Source: Promethearchaeota archaeon
GTDB taxonomy: Archaea; Asgardarchaeota; Lokiarchaeia; Sigyniarchaeales; SOKP01
DNA: 61,055 nucleotides
NCBI GenBank assembly: GCA_013375475.1
Contig: JABXKD010000011.1
Location: 1 to 61,055 of the forward strand
Direction: 5' to 3'
A program made the position numbers and the translations under genes. A model generated the notes under the pieces. The model searched no databases. It saw only the letters and a list, made by a program, of their open reading frames with translations, and was not told the origin of the DNA. Position 1 is the stretch's first letter. Each line of letters opens with the position of its first letter. Positions 1-9,579 of the stretch are shown here, one piece after another.

Positions 1-902
1 CTCATAGAGCCTCCTCCCGCAGCTTCGTTGTGGCCTTCGTAAATATAAGGACCCGTCCCAACCATGTGAGGTATTGGATCTGAAGGATCATGACCGTAGA
101 TACCGCGGTCCCAATAATCGGCGTAGGTTTCCATTGAAATATATCTTAAGGGGCCCCAATTTGTTATTATATCCGAATTCCAATCGTTGAACACAACTTT
201 TATTTTACCGCCACTTTCTGCATTATCAACAATTTCAACATGATTCACTATAGGATACATTTGAAATGGAGCATAGCCAGGGTTTGACCATGTATCGTAC
301 CATCCATAGACACCTTTATAGCTGGACAGGTTCCACGAGGGTGTAAAGAAATATTCCCATTCCCATACTCGTCTCCAAAATGTATAAAGATTTCGAGTGT
401 CACCTCTCCCAGTTAAGTTGCCAGTGATGATAAATAACCGATCAATGTTCCATTTCGCTACAGTGGCATTCCAGTCAGAGCCGTCATGAAATTTAACGTT
501 TTCCCGAAGTGTGAAACTTATTGATTTCACACCGCCTTTATTAATAAAGGGAGTATCAGGATAGGAATTCATTTCTTCGGGCCACCATTCCTCGATTTCC
601 CAACTAGTTGCTAAGCCGGGTAGCCACAATTCAGATGCTGGTACATCATCAGCAATACCCTTGTCAAATTCATCATTAACAGCAACAAGGGATTGAGTGC
701 AGAATGGAGCATACCATAAATCGGTCACACTCCAACCTGGTGTAATTGCTTGATCCCAGTGATCTGCGGGTGTTCCGGGGATGCCAAATCTAAATCTTCG
801 GGGAGCCTGTGCAGGTTCAACTTGAGCAACAACAGAAAGCATTGGAAAGATCATAGTTGTAATAAGAAATACAAATAAAATTCTATTTAGGTTTTTTCTC
901 AT
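1..902 (-). CDS. oppA: ABC transporter substrate-binding protein, family 5 (Opp/Dpp type); partial, runs off the left edge of the window
   Basis: Not in the ORF track. Hand translation from ATG at 902 gives MRKNLNRILFVFLITTMIFPMLSVVAQVEPAQA (signal-like), then LPGLATSWE and FTLRENVKFHDGSDWNA (family 5 signature). Divergent from oppBCDF. Confidence 0.9.
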   Translation of the reverse strand, partial: MRKNLNRILFVFLITTMIFPMLSVVAQVEPAQAPRRFRFGIPGTPADHWDQAITPGWSVTDLWYAPFCTQSLVAVNDEFDKGIADDVPASELWLPGLATSWEIEEWWPEEMNSYPDTPFINKGGVKSISFTLRENVKFHDGSDWNATVAKWNIDRLFIITGNLTGRGDTRNLYTFWRRVWEWEYFFTPSWNLSSYKGVYGWYDTWSNPGYAPFQMYPIVNHVEIVDNAESGGKIKVVFNDWNSDIITNWGPLRYISMETYADYWDRGIYGHDPSDPIPHMVGTGPYIYEGHNEAAGGGSM

Positions 903-942
903 TGTTATTCTTTCCTTTGTGTTTTTGATAAATTATTGTGTA

Positions 943-959
943 AATAGACAATATGTATT
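943..959. promoter_or_regulatory. Candidate TetR-type operator (AATAGAC-aat-ATGTATT) upstream of oppA
   Basis: Partial match to the recurring 17-bp imperfect palindrome AATwkAC-N3-GTmwATT. Confidence 0.3.
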
Positions 960-1103
960 AAACTATAAACATATTAGATTAACATACGATAAGAAAGTAT
1001 TTAAACTTTTCAAATTTCTAGAATCTCTTATCAAATTTTAAACAAATTTGTTTAGCTTCTTTATTTTGGAGTCTTATAGATGGAAATCTAGAAAAAAAGA
1101 TTT

Positions 1104-1120
1104 AATATACATTAATCATT
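1104..1120. promoter_or_regulatory. Candidate TetR-type operator (AATATAC-att-AATCATT) upstream of the ABC operon
   Basis: Differs by one base from the copy at 32033-32049. Confidence 0.4.
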
Positions 1121-1217
1121 TATGAACAGAAATTACAAATAATACTAATGAAAAACTATAAAATCTAAAAAACTAAATAAAAATCATACTACCATTGTTT
1201 TTCAGTTAAAAGCAAAA

Positions 1218-1778
1218 TTGAGATGTCTAATTATTAAAAGAAATAAGGATGAAAAAGATAATGAGTCGATAAATACTCAGGATTTTAAGACTCACTTTAA
1301 AATTGATTGGGGCAGACAAGGTAGTGTCTTTGTTGGTTATATTGTGATAATTTTGGGTTATTATGGTATTATTGCCAATACAATGCTATTCAATCAATAC
1401 GGGGATTGGATTTCGTTTACGGAAATGGATAAGACAATCCTTATTTGGACTTATACAACATATACAAATAGTTTTTTTCTATCAGCAATCCTGTTATTTT
1501 TAGTTTGCTTTTTTCTGACCTATAAAGAAGATATTCCCCACTATGGAATTAGAGCCTCTATATGGCTCGTACCAATTTTAGTTGTAGAAGGATTTATCTT
1601 TTATTTTAGTATGTTTGGGTTCAATTTAGAACCTTTTAGGTTACAATTTATTCATAGCGAAGGATATTTTAATATTTTAATTCTTTTAGGGTTAACTTTA
1701 AGTGGTTCTTTAACTGGAATGAAATTAAAACAATGGGCTGTAAGGAAAAAAGAAAAATATTACACAAAAACAGTATAA
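1218..1778 (+). CDS. Hypothetical integral membrane protein (about 4 TM), first gene of the ABC operon
   Basis: 186-aa ORF with several hydrophobic stretches; 33 nt upstream of oppB; start uncertain. Confidence 0.75.
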   Translation: MRCLIIKRNKDEKDNESINTQDFKTHFKIDWGRQGSVFVGYIVIILGYYGIIANTMLFNQYGDWISFTEMDKTILIWTYTTYTNSFFLSAILLFLVCFFLTYKEDIPHYGIRASIWLVPILVVEGFIFYFSMFGFNLEPFRLQFIHSEGYFNILILLGLTLSGSLTGMKLKQWAVRKKEKYYTKTV

Positions 1779-1811
1779 ATTACATATAACTTGTAAGGAA
1801 GGAAGAGAGAT

Positions 1812-2879
1812 ATGGCACATCAAGCACAGAATATGATAAAATATATCGTTAAACGGGTATTAGTTATGTTTCCCATGCTTATTTTAGTGTTAATTGCCAC
1901 ATTCCTCTTAGCTCAACTGATGTCGGTTAACCCTGTTGTTAATAAAATTGGAATGGTATTAGATCCAGAAATTTTAGAAGCAGAACTAAGAAGGACGGGG
2001 TTTTATGATCCGTTGTTCGTAAAGTTAGGCAAATATCTCATTAATTTTTTTACGGGAAATTGGGGTGAATCCTACCTTGTATATCCGGGCAAATCGGTTC
2101 TAGAATTAATTGCCCTAATAGTACCTAGAACAATTGAATTAATGATTTTACCCGCAATACTCGTTCCTATTTTAGCGGTGAAACTGGGAGTATTATCTGC
2201 AAAAAATAAAGATAAATCAAAGGATGTTGCCATTCGATTCTTAGCCGTAATAGGAGCAGGATTTCCTGTTTTTTGGTTTGCTACCCTGCTTCAAAGATTT
2301 GTAGGAATTTATTTAGAAAACTTTACTTATGGAGGTATAAACCTTGAACCACTTTTTGCTAATTCTCCTGGATTGCTTTATCCTGCACCAGAAGGCGCAT
2401 TTCAGACAGGATTTAGATTAATCGATAGTTTTCTTTATAATGATCAATTTTATTTATGGGATACCTTGGTGCACTTAATTCTTCCAATGGTTAGTATGGT
2501 TTTTGTATCTTTAGCGGGCATAACTCGTTTAACTCGTTCTAGTATGCTAGATGTGCTTGATCAAGATTATATTAGAACAGCACGAGCAAAAGGAGTTAAA
2601 GAAAAAGATGTAATAAATAAACATGCTCTGCGTAATGCTTTGATTCCCACAAGTAATTTGATTATTGGGGGAATTCCAGCGCTATTTCTTGGCTCCTTAT
2701 ATATTGAGGTTACATTTAATTATAGGGGATTTGGATATTATATGGTATCTGCAATTTTTTCCGGAGATTATCTGGTAATAAATGGGTTATTAGTATTTTC
2801 TATTATTATCATTCTCTCGTCAACCTTATTAGCAGATGTAATGTATACTATAATAGATCCAAGAATTATATATACTTAG
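1812..2879 (+). CDS. oppB: Oligopeptide/dipeptide ABC transporter permease (OppB/DppB)
   Basis: YIVKR N-terminus, HLILP, RSSMLDVLDQDYIRTARAKG (EAA loop), KHALRNALIP, C-terminal DPRI. Confidence 0.95.
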   Translation: MAHQAQNMIKYIVKRVLVMFPMLILVLIATFLLAQLMSVNPVVNKIGMVLDPEILEAELRRTGFYDPLFVKLGKYLINFFTGNWGESYLVYPGKSVLELIALIVPRTIELMILPAILVPILAVKLGVLSAKNKDKSKDVAIRFLAVIGAGFPVFWFATLLQRFVGIYLENFTYGGINLEPLFANSPGLLYPAPEGAFQTGFRLIDSFLYNDQFYLWDTLVHLILPMVSMVFVSLAGITRLTRSSMLDVLDQDYIRTARAKGVKEKDVINKHALRNALIPTSNLIIGGIPALFLGSLYIEVTFNYRGFGYYMVSAIFSGDYLVINGLLVFSIIIILSSTLLADVMYTIIDPRIIYT

Positions 2880-2898
2880 TGTAATTAGGGGAAATAAA

Positions 2899-3897
2899 AT
2901 GGTACAAACAGATTTAAAGGTAGATTTAAAAATTCAAAATAAGGAAAAATCAGAAAAACAACGGAATATTAAAGCCTTAATTAAATTTTATTTTCTTCCA
3001 GGTTTTCGTGTTCCTGAATTTTCTGAAAAAGAATATGAAATCGGAAAAAAAAGGTCTAAAAGAAAGTTATTTAGACGTTTAATTACTCCTTTAACCCTTT
3101 TAGGATTCGCAATGATATTATTAATAGTTTTTATAGGAATATTTGCTCCTTGGTTATCTATTTATACCATCGAAGAAGTTGCATTACCTCATATTCCTCC
3201 TTTAAGTTCCCCTTTTGACGATCCCTCCCCACTTCATCTATTAGGGACAACAAAATATGGCTATGACATTTTAGGAAGGTTAATCTGGGGTGCAAGAACA
3301 GTTATTACTGCTGCAGCATTTCCGGTGCTAATATCAAATTTAGGCGGTATAGTTCTTGGTACGTTATCAGCTTATTTTGGGGGAAAGTTGGATTATATAA
3401 TGATGCGCATTGTCGATTTCATGTATTCATTTCCAATAATTATAATTGTCATAATTATAGCCCCTATGATGGGAGGAAAATTGTACAATATCTTGTTGTT
3501 ATGGGGAATACTTTACATTCCGTATACAACTAGATTTGTTAGATCTTTAACACTACAGGTAAAACAGAGTTTATATGTAGAAGCTGCGATTACGGGAGGA
3601 GCTGATAAGTTGAAAGTAATGTTTAAGCATGTATTCCCAAATACCTATTCAGCGCTAATTATATCATTCTTTGGGAGTATGGCTTTCTCGGTGTTAGGAT
3701 TTGCTAGTATCGCATTCTTAGGTATGGGAGATCAGTCTTTTGCCGATTGGGGTACTGACATTGCTTATTCAAGATCCAACTTAACTGCAATAGGACCCGC
3801 CTTTTGGCCAGGGTTATTCATAGGCATAACTACAATCGGATTTATATTAGTGGGTGATGGATTGAGAGATGCACTCGATCCTCGCTTAAAGCGGTAA
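2899..3897 (+). CDS. oppC: Oligopeptide/dipeptide ABC transporter permease (OppC/DppC)
   Basis: HLLGTTKYGYDILGRLIWGAR, YVEAAITGG (EAA), GDGLRDALDPR. Confidence 0.95.
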   Translation: MVQTDLKVDLKIQNKEKSEKQRNIKALIKFYFLPGFRVPEFSEKEYEIGKKRSKRKLFRRLITPLTLLGFAMILLIVFIGIFAPWLSIYTIEEVALPHIPPLSSPFDDPSPLHLLGTTKYGYDILGRLIWGARTVITAAAFPVLISNLGGIVLGTLSAYFGGKLDYIMMRIVDFMYSFPIIIIVIIIAPMMGGKLYNILLLWGILYIPYTTRFVRSLTLQVKQSLYVEAAITGGADKLKVMFKHVFPNTYSALIISFFGSMAFSVLGFASIAFLGMGDQSFADWGTDIAYSRSNLTAIGPAFWPGLFIGITTIGFILVGDGLRDALDPRLKR

Positions 3898-3903
3898 AAT
3901 GAG

Positions 3904-5826
3904 GTGAAGAAAATTCTATTTAATATACTACAAACTAGTTATCGCGCAAATTTGGGAATGGGTCTTATCGAATCCCTAGTAATCGCTTTATTAGTATTTG
4001 TTATAGCTCTATTCCTCAACAATCTTCTTTCAATAGAGAATCAAGTGCCAAAAACGGAATATACCCGGAGCACTAGTATTTGTTTTATAATTATTTTTGG
4101 GATAACAATCGGTATTCGATACGCATTTGAAATATTAGGTTATTGGGGTATAATTTTTAGGATTTTAACTAACGACCAATTCATATTTGCTGTAGCGTCG
4201 TCGATTTTCTTACCTTTAAATAGTAAGATCTCAAAAGCGTTTAAGATTGATAAGATTGGTTTAACTAAAGACTTAAAAATGCTATATATTAAATATTTAA
4301 TTCTTCCCTGGTTTGTAGCAACTATTTTCTTATTAATCGATATTTTAGGGATTCCGATTCTAGTTCCAGATCTATATACTATGGGTATATTGTGGGGCAT
4401 AATAGATATTCTTTTATTATATGCAATAACAACTTTGGTCAACACAATGATTCCAATTGAGAAAAAAATCTCTAAAACAACATTAAGGAAGGGTATAATC
4501 GCGGGAGCTTTATTATCATTTGGTATATTGTTTATTCAGCTTACAATTTTTGAAGTTTTTTTATGTAGAGGGTTTGGAGTATGCTTATTTGAACAAGATA
4601 TTCGAATCCAATTTATTTCAATAAGCTTAATATATGTGATAACTTTTTTTATATCTTTAAAGTTTAAATTTATACCAGAAGCCCGAGAAAAAAGTGAATT
4701 AAAAATTCAATTAGCCTTAAAGGCATTAGAGTCTCAAAAGTATATGAAAGGTGACCAAAAAGGAAATGGTATTATACTAGATGTTCAGGACCTTATAACA
4801 TACTTTTATACTGAAGAAGGAATGGTACGAGCTGTTGAAGGAGTCTCATTTAAAATTTTTAAAGGAGAAACCCTTGGTTTAGTAGGCGAAACTGGATGTG
4901 GAAAGTCGGTAACCGCTTTGTCTATTCTTCAACTTGTTCGGCCACCTGGTAAAATTGAAAATGGAAAAGTTATTTTTAACGGAGAGGATTTATTAAAGAA
5001 GACTAAATCAGAGATGCTCAAATATCGCGGTAAAGACATAACAATGATTTTTCAAGATCCACTCAATTCTATAAACCCTGTATTTAAAATCGGAGAACAA
5101 ATTTCAGAAGTGTTTCTTCTTCATTTGGAAGATGAATTACTCGTAGAAGCTTTAAAATCAGAAAATAAGAGTGTATATAGCTTAGCACGTGAATGGAGTG
5201 AACAATTATTAAAGGATTTAAATATTCCTGCTCCTGAGGCTATATTTGATCGATATCCGCATGAATTAAGCGGTGGGATGCGTCAGAGAGTCCAAATTGC
5301 TATGGCTCTTGCTTGTGGTCCAGACTTATTAATAGCTGATGAACCTACTACTGCTTTAGATGTAACTATACAAAATCAAATTCTTAAATTAATGGAAGAA
5401 TTGAAAGTTAAGTATGATACATCGATACTCTATATAACTCATGATTTAGGCATTATTTCAAAAATGTGTGATCGCGTAGCAGTAATGTATAGCGGTTATA
5501 TTGTAGAATACGGAGATATAAAAAAATTATTTTCAATACCATATCATCCTTATACAAAAGGATTAATCGCTTCTATACCAATTGTGGGAAAGAAGAGAGA
5601 AACTTTACAGATCATCCCTGGAACTGTTCCTAATTTAATATATCCCCCCTCAGGATGTAGATTTCATCCCAGATGTGAGTATTGTTTTGAACCTTGCGAA
5701 TCAATAAGACCAAACTCAATAGAAGTCGAGCAAAATTATTATGTAGCATGCCATCTGTATGATCCTCAATATAAAGAGCTTGCTGAAATTTCAATCAAAA
5801 AAGAAGAAAACAAAATTAAAAAATAA
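3904..5826 (+). CDS. oppD: OppD/DppD-type ABC ATPase fused to an N-terminal multi-pass membrane domain
   Basis: Walker A GETGCGKS, signature LSGGMRQR, DEPTTALD, C-terminal GCRFHPRC..C..CH; aa ~20-255 contain about 7 hydrophobic segments. Confidence 0.9.
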   Translation: MKKILFNILQTSYRANLGMGLIESLVIALLVFVIALFLNNLLSIENQVPKTEYTRSTSICFIIIFGITIGIRYAFEILGYWGIIFRILTNDQFIFAVASSIFLPLNSKISKAFKIDKIGLTKDLKMLYIKYLILPWFVATIFLLIDILGIPILVPDLYTMGILWGIIDILLLYAITTLVNTMIPIEKKISKTTLRKGIIAGALLSFGILFIQLTIFEVFLCRGFGVCLFEQDIRIQFISISLIYVITFFISLKFKFIPEAREKSELKIQLALKALESQKYMKGDQKGNGIILDVQDLITYFYTEEGMVRAVEGVSFKIFKGETLGLVGETGCGKSVTALSILQLVRPPGKIENGKVIFNGEDLLKKTKSEMLKYRGKDITMIFQDPLNSINPVFKIGEQISEVFLLHLEDELLVEALKSENKSVYSLAREWSEQLLKDLNIPAPEAIFDRYPHELSGGMRQRVQIAMALACGPDLLIADEPTTALDVTIQNQILKLMEELKVKYDTSILYITHDLGIISKMCDRVAVMYSGYIVEYGDIKKLFSIPYHPYTKGLIASIPIVGKKRETLQIIPGTVPNLIYPPSGCRFHPRCEYCFEPCESIRPNSIEVEQNYYVACHLYDPQYKELAEISIKKEENKIKK

Positions 5827-5863
5827 ATATTAAACAAACAGTTTTGAATTAAGGAAGAGAAAG

Positions 5864-7621
5864 ATGATATTTCAATTAAACTTATCTCTAATGGATTTGT
5901 CAATAAACATAGTTATATCGCTAATAGGATTGTTAATAGGAGCTAAATTCATTAACTTCATGGCAAAAGAAAAAAATTGGGATGATTCTCCTTTAAATTA
6001 TTTTATATTATTATCCCCTTGGTTCATATTAAATTCAATTGTTGGATTTTTTCTCACTTTCTGGATTAACAACTCTTACCTAATTCTGTTGCTTGAAATT
6101 AGTTCTTACTTAATGGTTAGTTTATACTTATCAAGTAAAATTTATAATTTGAATTTGAAGGCTGCCTTATTGTTTGTACTAATAATCCAATTGATACTTT
6201 ATATAGTTCCACTCTTAATAAGTATTATTTGGGAAGAAATTCCAGGATTATTGGGTTCCTTAACCGGGAACGATTATATAATGAATACATCATTGATTAT
6301 GTTCTTTATTATCCTAGCTGCATTAAGTGGTTTTACTGTATTTTTTGTTTATTGGGGTAATAAGATACAATTGGTGAAGCGTAAAAAGCTAATAGCGACA
6401 TTAAGTTTAATTCCAGGTGTTTATGTTTTAATCTTTTTATTCGTAGAATTCAAACGCAACTTTTTCACGAATAATCTTCTTTTTCAAGATTTTTTATCGA
6501 TACCATATAATATCGTTAGTCTAATTGTACCATTTTTGGTTGTGATTATCATTGCAGTAACATTAAAAAAAATTGCTTATCATAAGATTCAAAATCTGGA
6601 AATAAGAGGATTAGAGGTTCTCGAAAAGGGTAAAATCCTTTTAGATGTGAGAAATTTGAGAGTTCACTATCCACTTTATGGTGGAATGCTTAAACGACAA
6701 ATTGGTGCAGTCAAAGCGGTTGATGGAGTATCATTTGATATAAAAACTGGTGAAACTATTGGTTTAGTTGGAGAAAGTGGATGCGGAAAAACTACTGTTG
6801 CTAAGGCTATTTTAGGGCTTGTTGGGAAGACTGAAGGTGATATTTTATATAATAATGAACCTATACCAGAAGAATATTCGAAATATTTACGACAAAAAAT
6901 ACAAATAGTTTTCCAGGATCCAGATGCGTCATTAAATCCAAGGATGAAAATAGTTGATATTATCGCAGAACCCCTTCGAAATTTAATGGGGATTACTAAA
7001 AAAGAAGAAATTAGAAGACGTGTTTTAGAATTATTGGACCAGGTATCTTTAAATCCAGAGCACATGGATCGCTTCCCTCATGAATTTTCTGGTGGACAAA
7101 AGCAAAGGATCATCATTGCAAGAGCTCTCGTTTGCAATCCAGAATTAATTATTCTTGACGAACCAACTTCAGCTCTTGATGTTTCAGTCCAAGCACAAAT
7201 ACTTAATTTACTCAAAGGGTTGCAAAAAACTTATGGTTATGGATTTTTATTCATAACTCATAATCTTTCTGTTGTAAATCATATAGCAGATCGTATTGCT
7301 GTTATGTATCTTGGGAAATTTGTTGAGATAGGGAAAAATGAGCAAATATTCTTTAATCCCACGCATCCTTATACAATAGCTCTTTTAGAATCACGCTCAG
7401 AAATTGATCCTGAAAAGAAAGAAATTCGTTTTGTACTTAGTGGGGAAGTACCAAGCCCAATAGCGCCTCCTCCTGGGTGTACTTTTAATCCGCGATGCGT
7501 TTCTGATGCGCGTACAAAAGAGTGCGAGTATGAATTCCCTCATAAAATTAAGATTGAGGACGATCATTATATTTGGTGCGTTAACCCACCAGGCGGTTTT
7601 ACTTCAATACAGAATGATTAA
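5864..7621 (+). CDS. oppF: OppF/DppF-type ABC ATPase fused to an N-terminal multi-pass membrane domain
   Basis: Walker A GESGCGKT, FSGGQKQR, DEPTSALD, GCTFNPRC; first ~235 aa contain about 7 hydrophobic segments. Confidence 0.9.
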   Translation: MIFQLNLSLMDLSINIVISLIGLLIGAKFINFMAKEKNWDDSPLNYFILLSPWFILNSIVGFFLTFWINNSYLILLLEISSYLMVSLYLSSKIYNLNLKAALLFVLIIQLILYIVPLLISIIWEEIPGLLGSLTGNDYIMNTSLIMFFIILAALSGFTVFFVYWGNKIQLVKRKKLIATLSLIPGVYVLIFLFVEFKRNFFTNNLLFQDFLSIPYNIVSLIVPFLVVIIIAVTLKKIAYHKIQNLEIRGLEVLEKGKILLDVRNLRVHYPLYGGMLKRQIGAVKAVDGVSFDIKTGETIGLVGESGCGKTTVAKAILGLVGKTEGDILYNNEPIPEEYSKYLRQKIQIVFQDPDASLNPRMKIVDIIAEPLRNLMGITKKEEIRRRVLELLDQVSLNPEHMDRFPHEFSGGQKQRIIIARALVCNPELIILDEPTSALDVSVQAQILNLLKGLQKTYGYGFLFITHNLSVVNHIADRIAVMYLGKFVEIGKNEQIFFNPTHPYTIALLESRSEIDPEKKEIRFVLSGEVPSPIAPPPGCTFNPRCVSDARTKECEYEFPHKIKIEDDHYIWCVNPPGGFTSIQND

Positions 7622-7788
7622 TAGAAAAATAATGTTATTTAATTATTACACGACTGCTTTGGTATAATTAAAAATTATTTTCTATAATCAAAGCTTTCAT
7701 GAAAAGTTTAATAATATTTGAAACTTTTGCTTTATACAAGTAATACTAAATCGTTACAGACAAATGCTTTATCAAAGAAGGGGATTGT

Positions 7789-8694
7789 ATGAAAGAATTC
7801 ATAAATAAAAATTGCTTTATTACTGGTGCTGCAAGTGGGATTGGACGCTCGTTTGCATTAGCGCTCGCAAATGAAGGTATGAAGCTTTTTATTTCAGATG
7901 TTAACACAGAAGGTTTAGAGCAAGTTAAAAAGGAAATCGAGCAGAAAGGGATAATTGTCCATTCAATTAAGTGTGATGTTTCTAAGTTAAGTGATATCGA
8001 AAATGCCGCAAAAGCTTTTTATTCTAAATTAGGAGATGTAGATCTCTTAATAAATAATGCGGGCATTGGTAGAGCTGTTAACTTAGCCAACATGAACTTA
8101 GAAAATTGGAAAAAGGTTGTTGATGTTAATTTGTGGAGCGTGATCTACTCAATGAAAGTTTTTTTACCTCGCATGCTAGAAAGAAAGTCGGGGCACATAG
8201 TTAATGTTGCTTCAGGAGCAGGGTTATTTGGTTCGTCTGAACCTCCATCATATATTACAACTAAATTTGCTGTGGTAGGTCTCTCAGAAGCGCTTTTTTC
8301 TCGACTTAAACCTTTAGGTATAAATGTTTCAGTCATAACTCCAGCACTTATTCGAACTAATGTATTTCACTCCGGTTTAAAAAATATGGAATATGACCCA
8401 AAGATGCTTAAAGACATAGGAAAGGAAAAACTTGATGAGATTTACGGTTCAGCGATGACTAACCTTATGAATTCAGCTATGTCTCCTGATGTCGCAGTAC
8501 GAAAATATATTCGACAGATTAAAAAAGACCAATTATATATCTTCGATAGTCAACAAATAAAACACATAGTCGCTCTTAAAGGAAAGAATATGAAGGAGTA
8601 TGAGGAGTTTTTGCTTAATTATCAAGAAATGCAAGCAAACAGCATGAAAGAGCATTTTCAACAATATGGAATTAATATTGAAGATTATTGGTGA
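7789..8694 (+). CDS. Short-chain dehydrogenase/reductase (SDR)
   Basis: TGAASGIG, NNAG, YITTK. Confidence 0.92.
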   Translation: MKEFINKNCFITGAASGIGRSFALALANEGMKLFISDVNTEGLEQVKKEIEQKGIIVHSIKCDVSKLSDIENAAKAFYSKLGDVDLLINNAGIGRAVNLANMNLENWKKVVDVNLWSVIYSMKVFLPRMLERKSGHIVNVASGAGLFGSSEPPSYITTKFAVVGLSEALFSRLKPLGINVSVITPALIRTNVFHSGLKNMEYDPKMLKDIGKEKLDEIYGSAMTNLMNSAMSPDVAVRKYIRQIKKDQLYIFDSQQIKHIVALKGKNMKEYEEFLLNYQEMQANSMKEHFQQYGINIEDYW

Positions 8695-8714
8695 TCAACT
8701 AATTAAGAGTGTAG

Positions 8715-9575
8715 ATGGTTAGTATGAAAGAATTCAAGGAAAAAGTGGCTGTAATCACGGGAGCTGGAAGTGGCATAGGGCTATCAATCGCTGAACGCTG
8801 TGCCTTTGAAGGTATGAATGTAGTACTTGCAGATATTGACCAGCGTTTTTTAAGAAGAGCTAAGCGTAAAATGGAAAAATTAGGAGCATCTTTTTTAACA
8901 ATTCAAACAGATGTTTCGAAACTTTCGGATATGCAGATTCTAGCTGAAAAGACCATTGAACATTTTGAAGCTGTTCACTTACTCTTCAATAATGCAGGGG
9001 TTTCTAATCCGAAATATTTCTGGAACTACACATTAAATGATTGGAAATGGCAAATTGGTGTAAACTTGTGGGGGGTAATATATGGGTTACATGTTTTTGT
9101 ACCAATTATGCGAAAACAAGATACAGAGTGCCATATTATCAATACAGCATCTATAGAGGGTCTTTTATCTGGATCTGGTCCTGGAGGTGCTATTTACGGC
9201 TTAACAAAACATGCAATTGTGTCATTAAGCGAATCAATGAGAATAGAACTAACACAAACCAAATCTAAAATAAACGTATCGGTCCTTTGTCCTGGATGGG
9301 TTAGTAGTAAAATTTTCTTTAGTGAAGCACATCGGCAAGAAGAGTATAGAGATAGTGATGATGAAACTTTTGACGATCTGAAAATTGAGGATTCGACAGC
9401 CAAATTTAAAGCAATAAAAGATGTGTCTCCTCCTATGGCTTGTGAAGATGTCGCTGAGATTGTATTTAAAGCTATTCGTAGGAAAAAATTTTACATTATG
9501 ACGCATTCTGATCAATTGCTTAAAGCTGGTGTTGAACTAAGAATGGGAGAAATTCTCAGAGCATTTGGAAAGTAA
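8715..9575 (+). CDS. Short-chain dehydrogenase/reductase (SDR)
   Basis: TGAGSGIG, NNAG, YGLTK, CPG. Confidence 0.92.
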   Translation: MVSMKEFKEKVAVITGAGSGIGLSIAERCAFEGMNVVLADIDQRFLRRAKRKMEKLGASFLTIQTDVSKLSDMQILAEKTIEHFEAVHLLFNNAGVSNPKYFWNYTLNDWKWQIGVNLWGVIYGLHVFVPIMRKQDTECHIINTASIEGLLSGSGPGGAIYGLTKHAIVSLSESMRIELTQTKSKINVSVLCPGWVSSKIFFSEAHRQEEYRDSDDETFDDLKIEDSTAKFKAIKDVSPPMACEDVAEIVFKAIRRKKFYIMTHSDQLLKAGVELRMGEILRAFGK

Positions 9576-9579
9576 ACTT

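Noticed and set aside
7621-7710. Imperfect inverted repeats in the intergenic region after oppF
   Set aside because: Short A/T-only matches expected by chance; no target-site duplication or second copy seen
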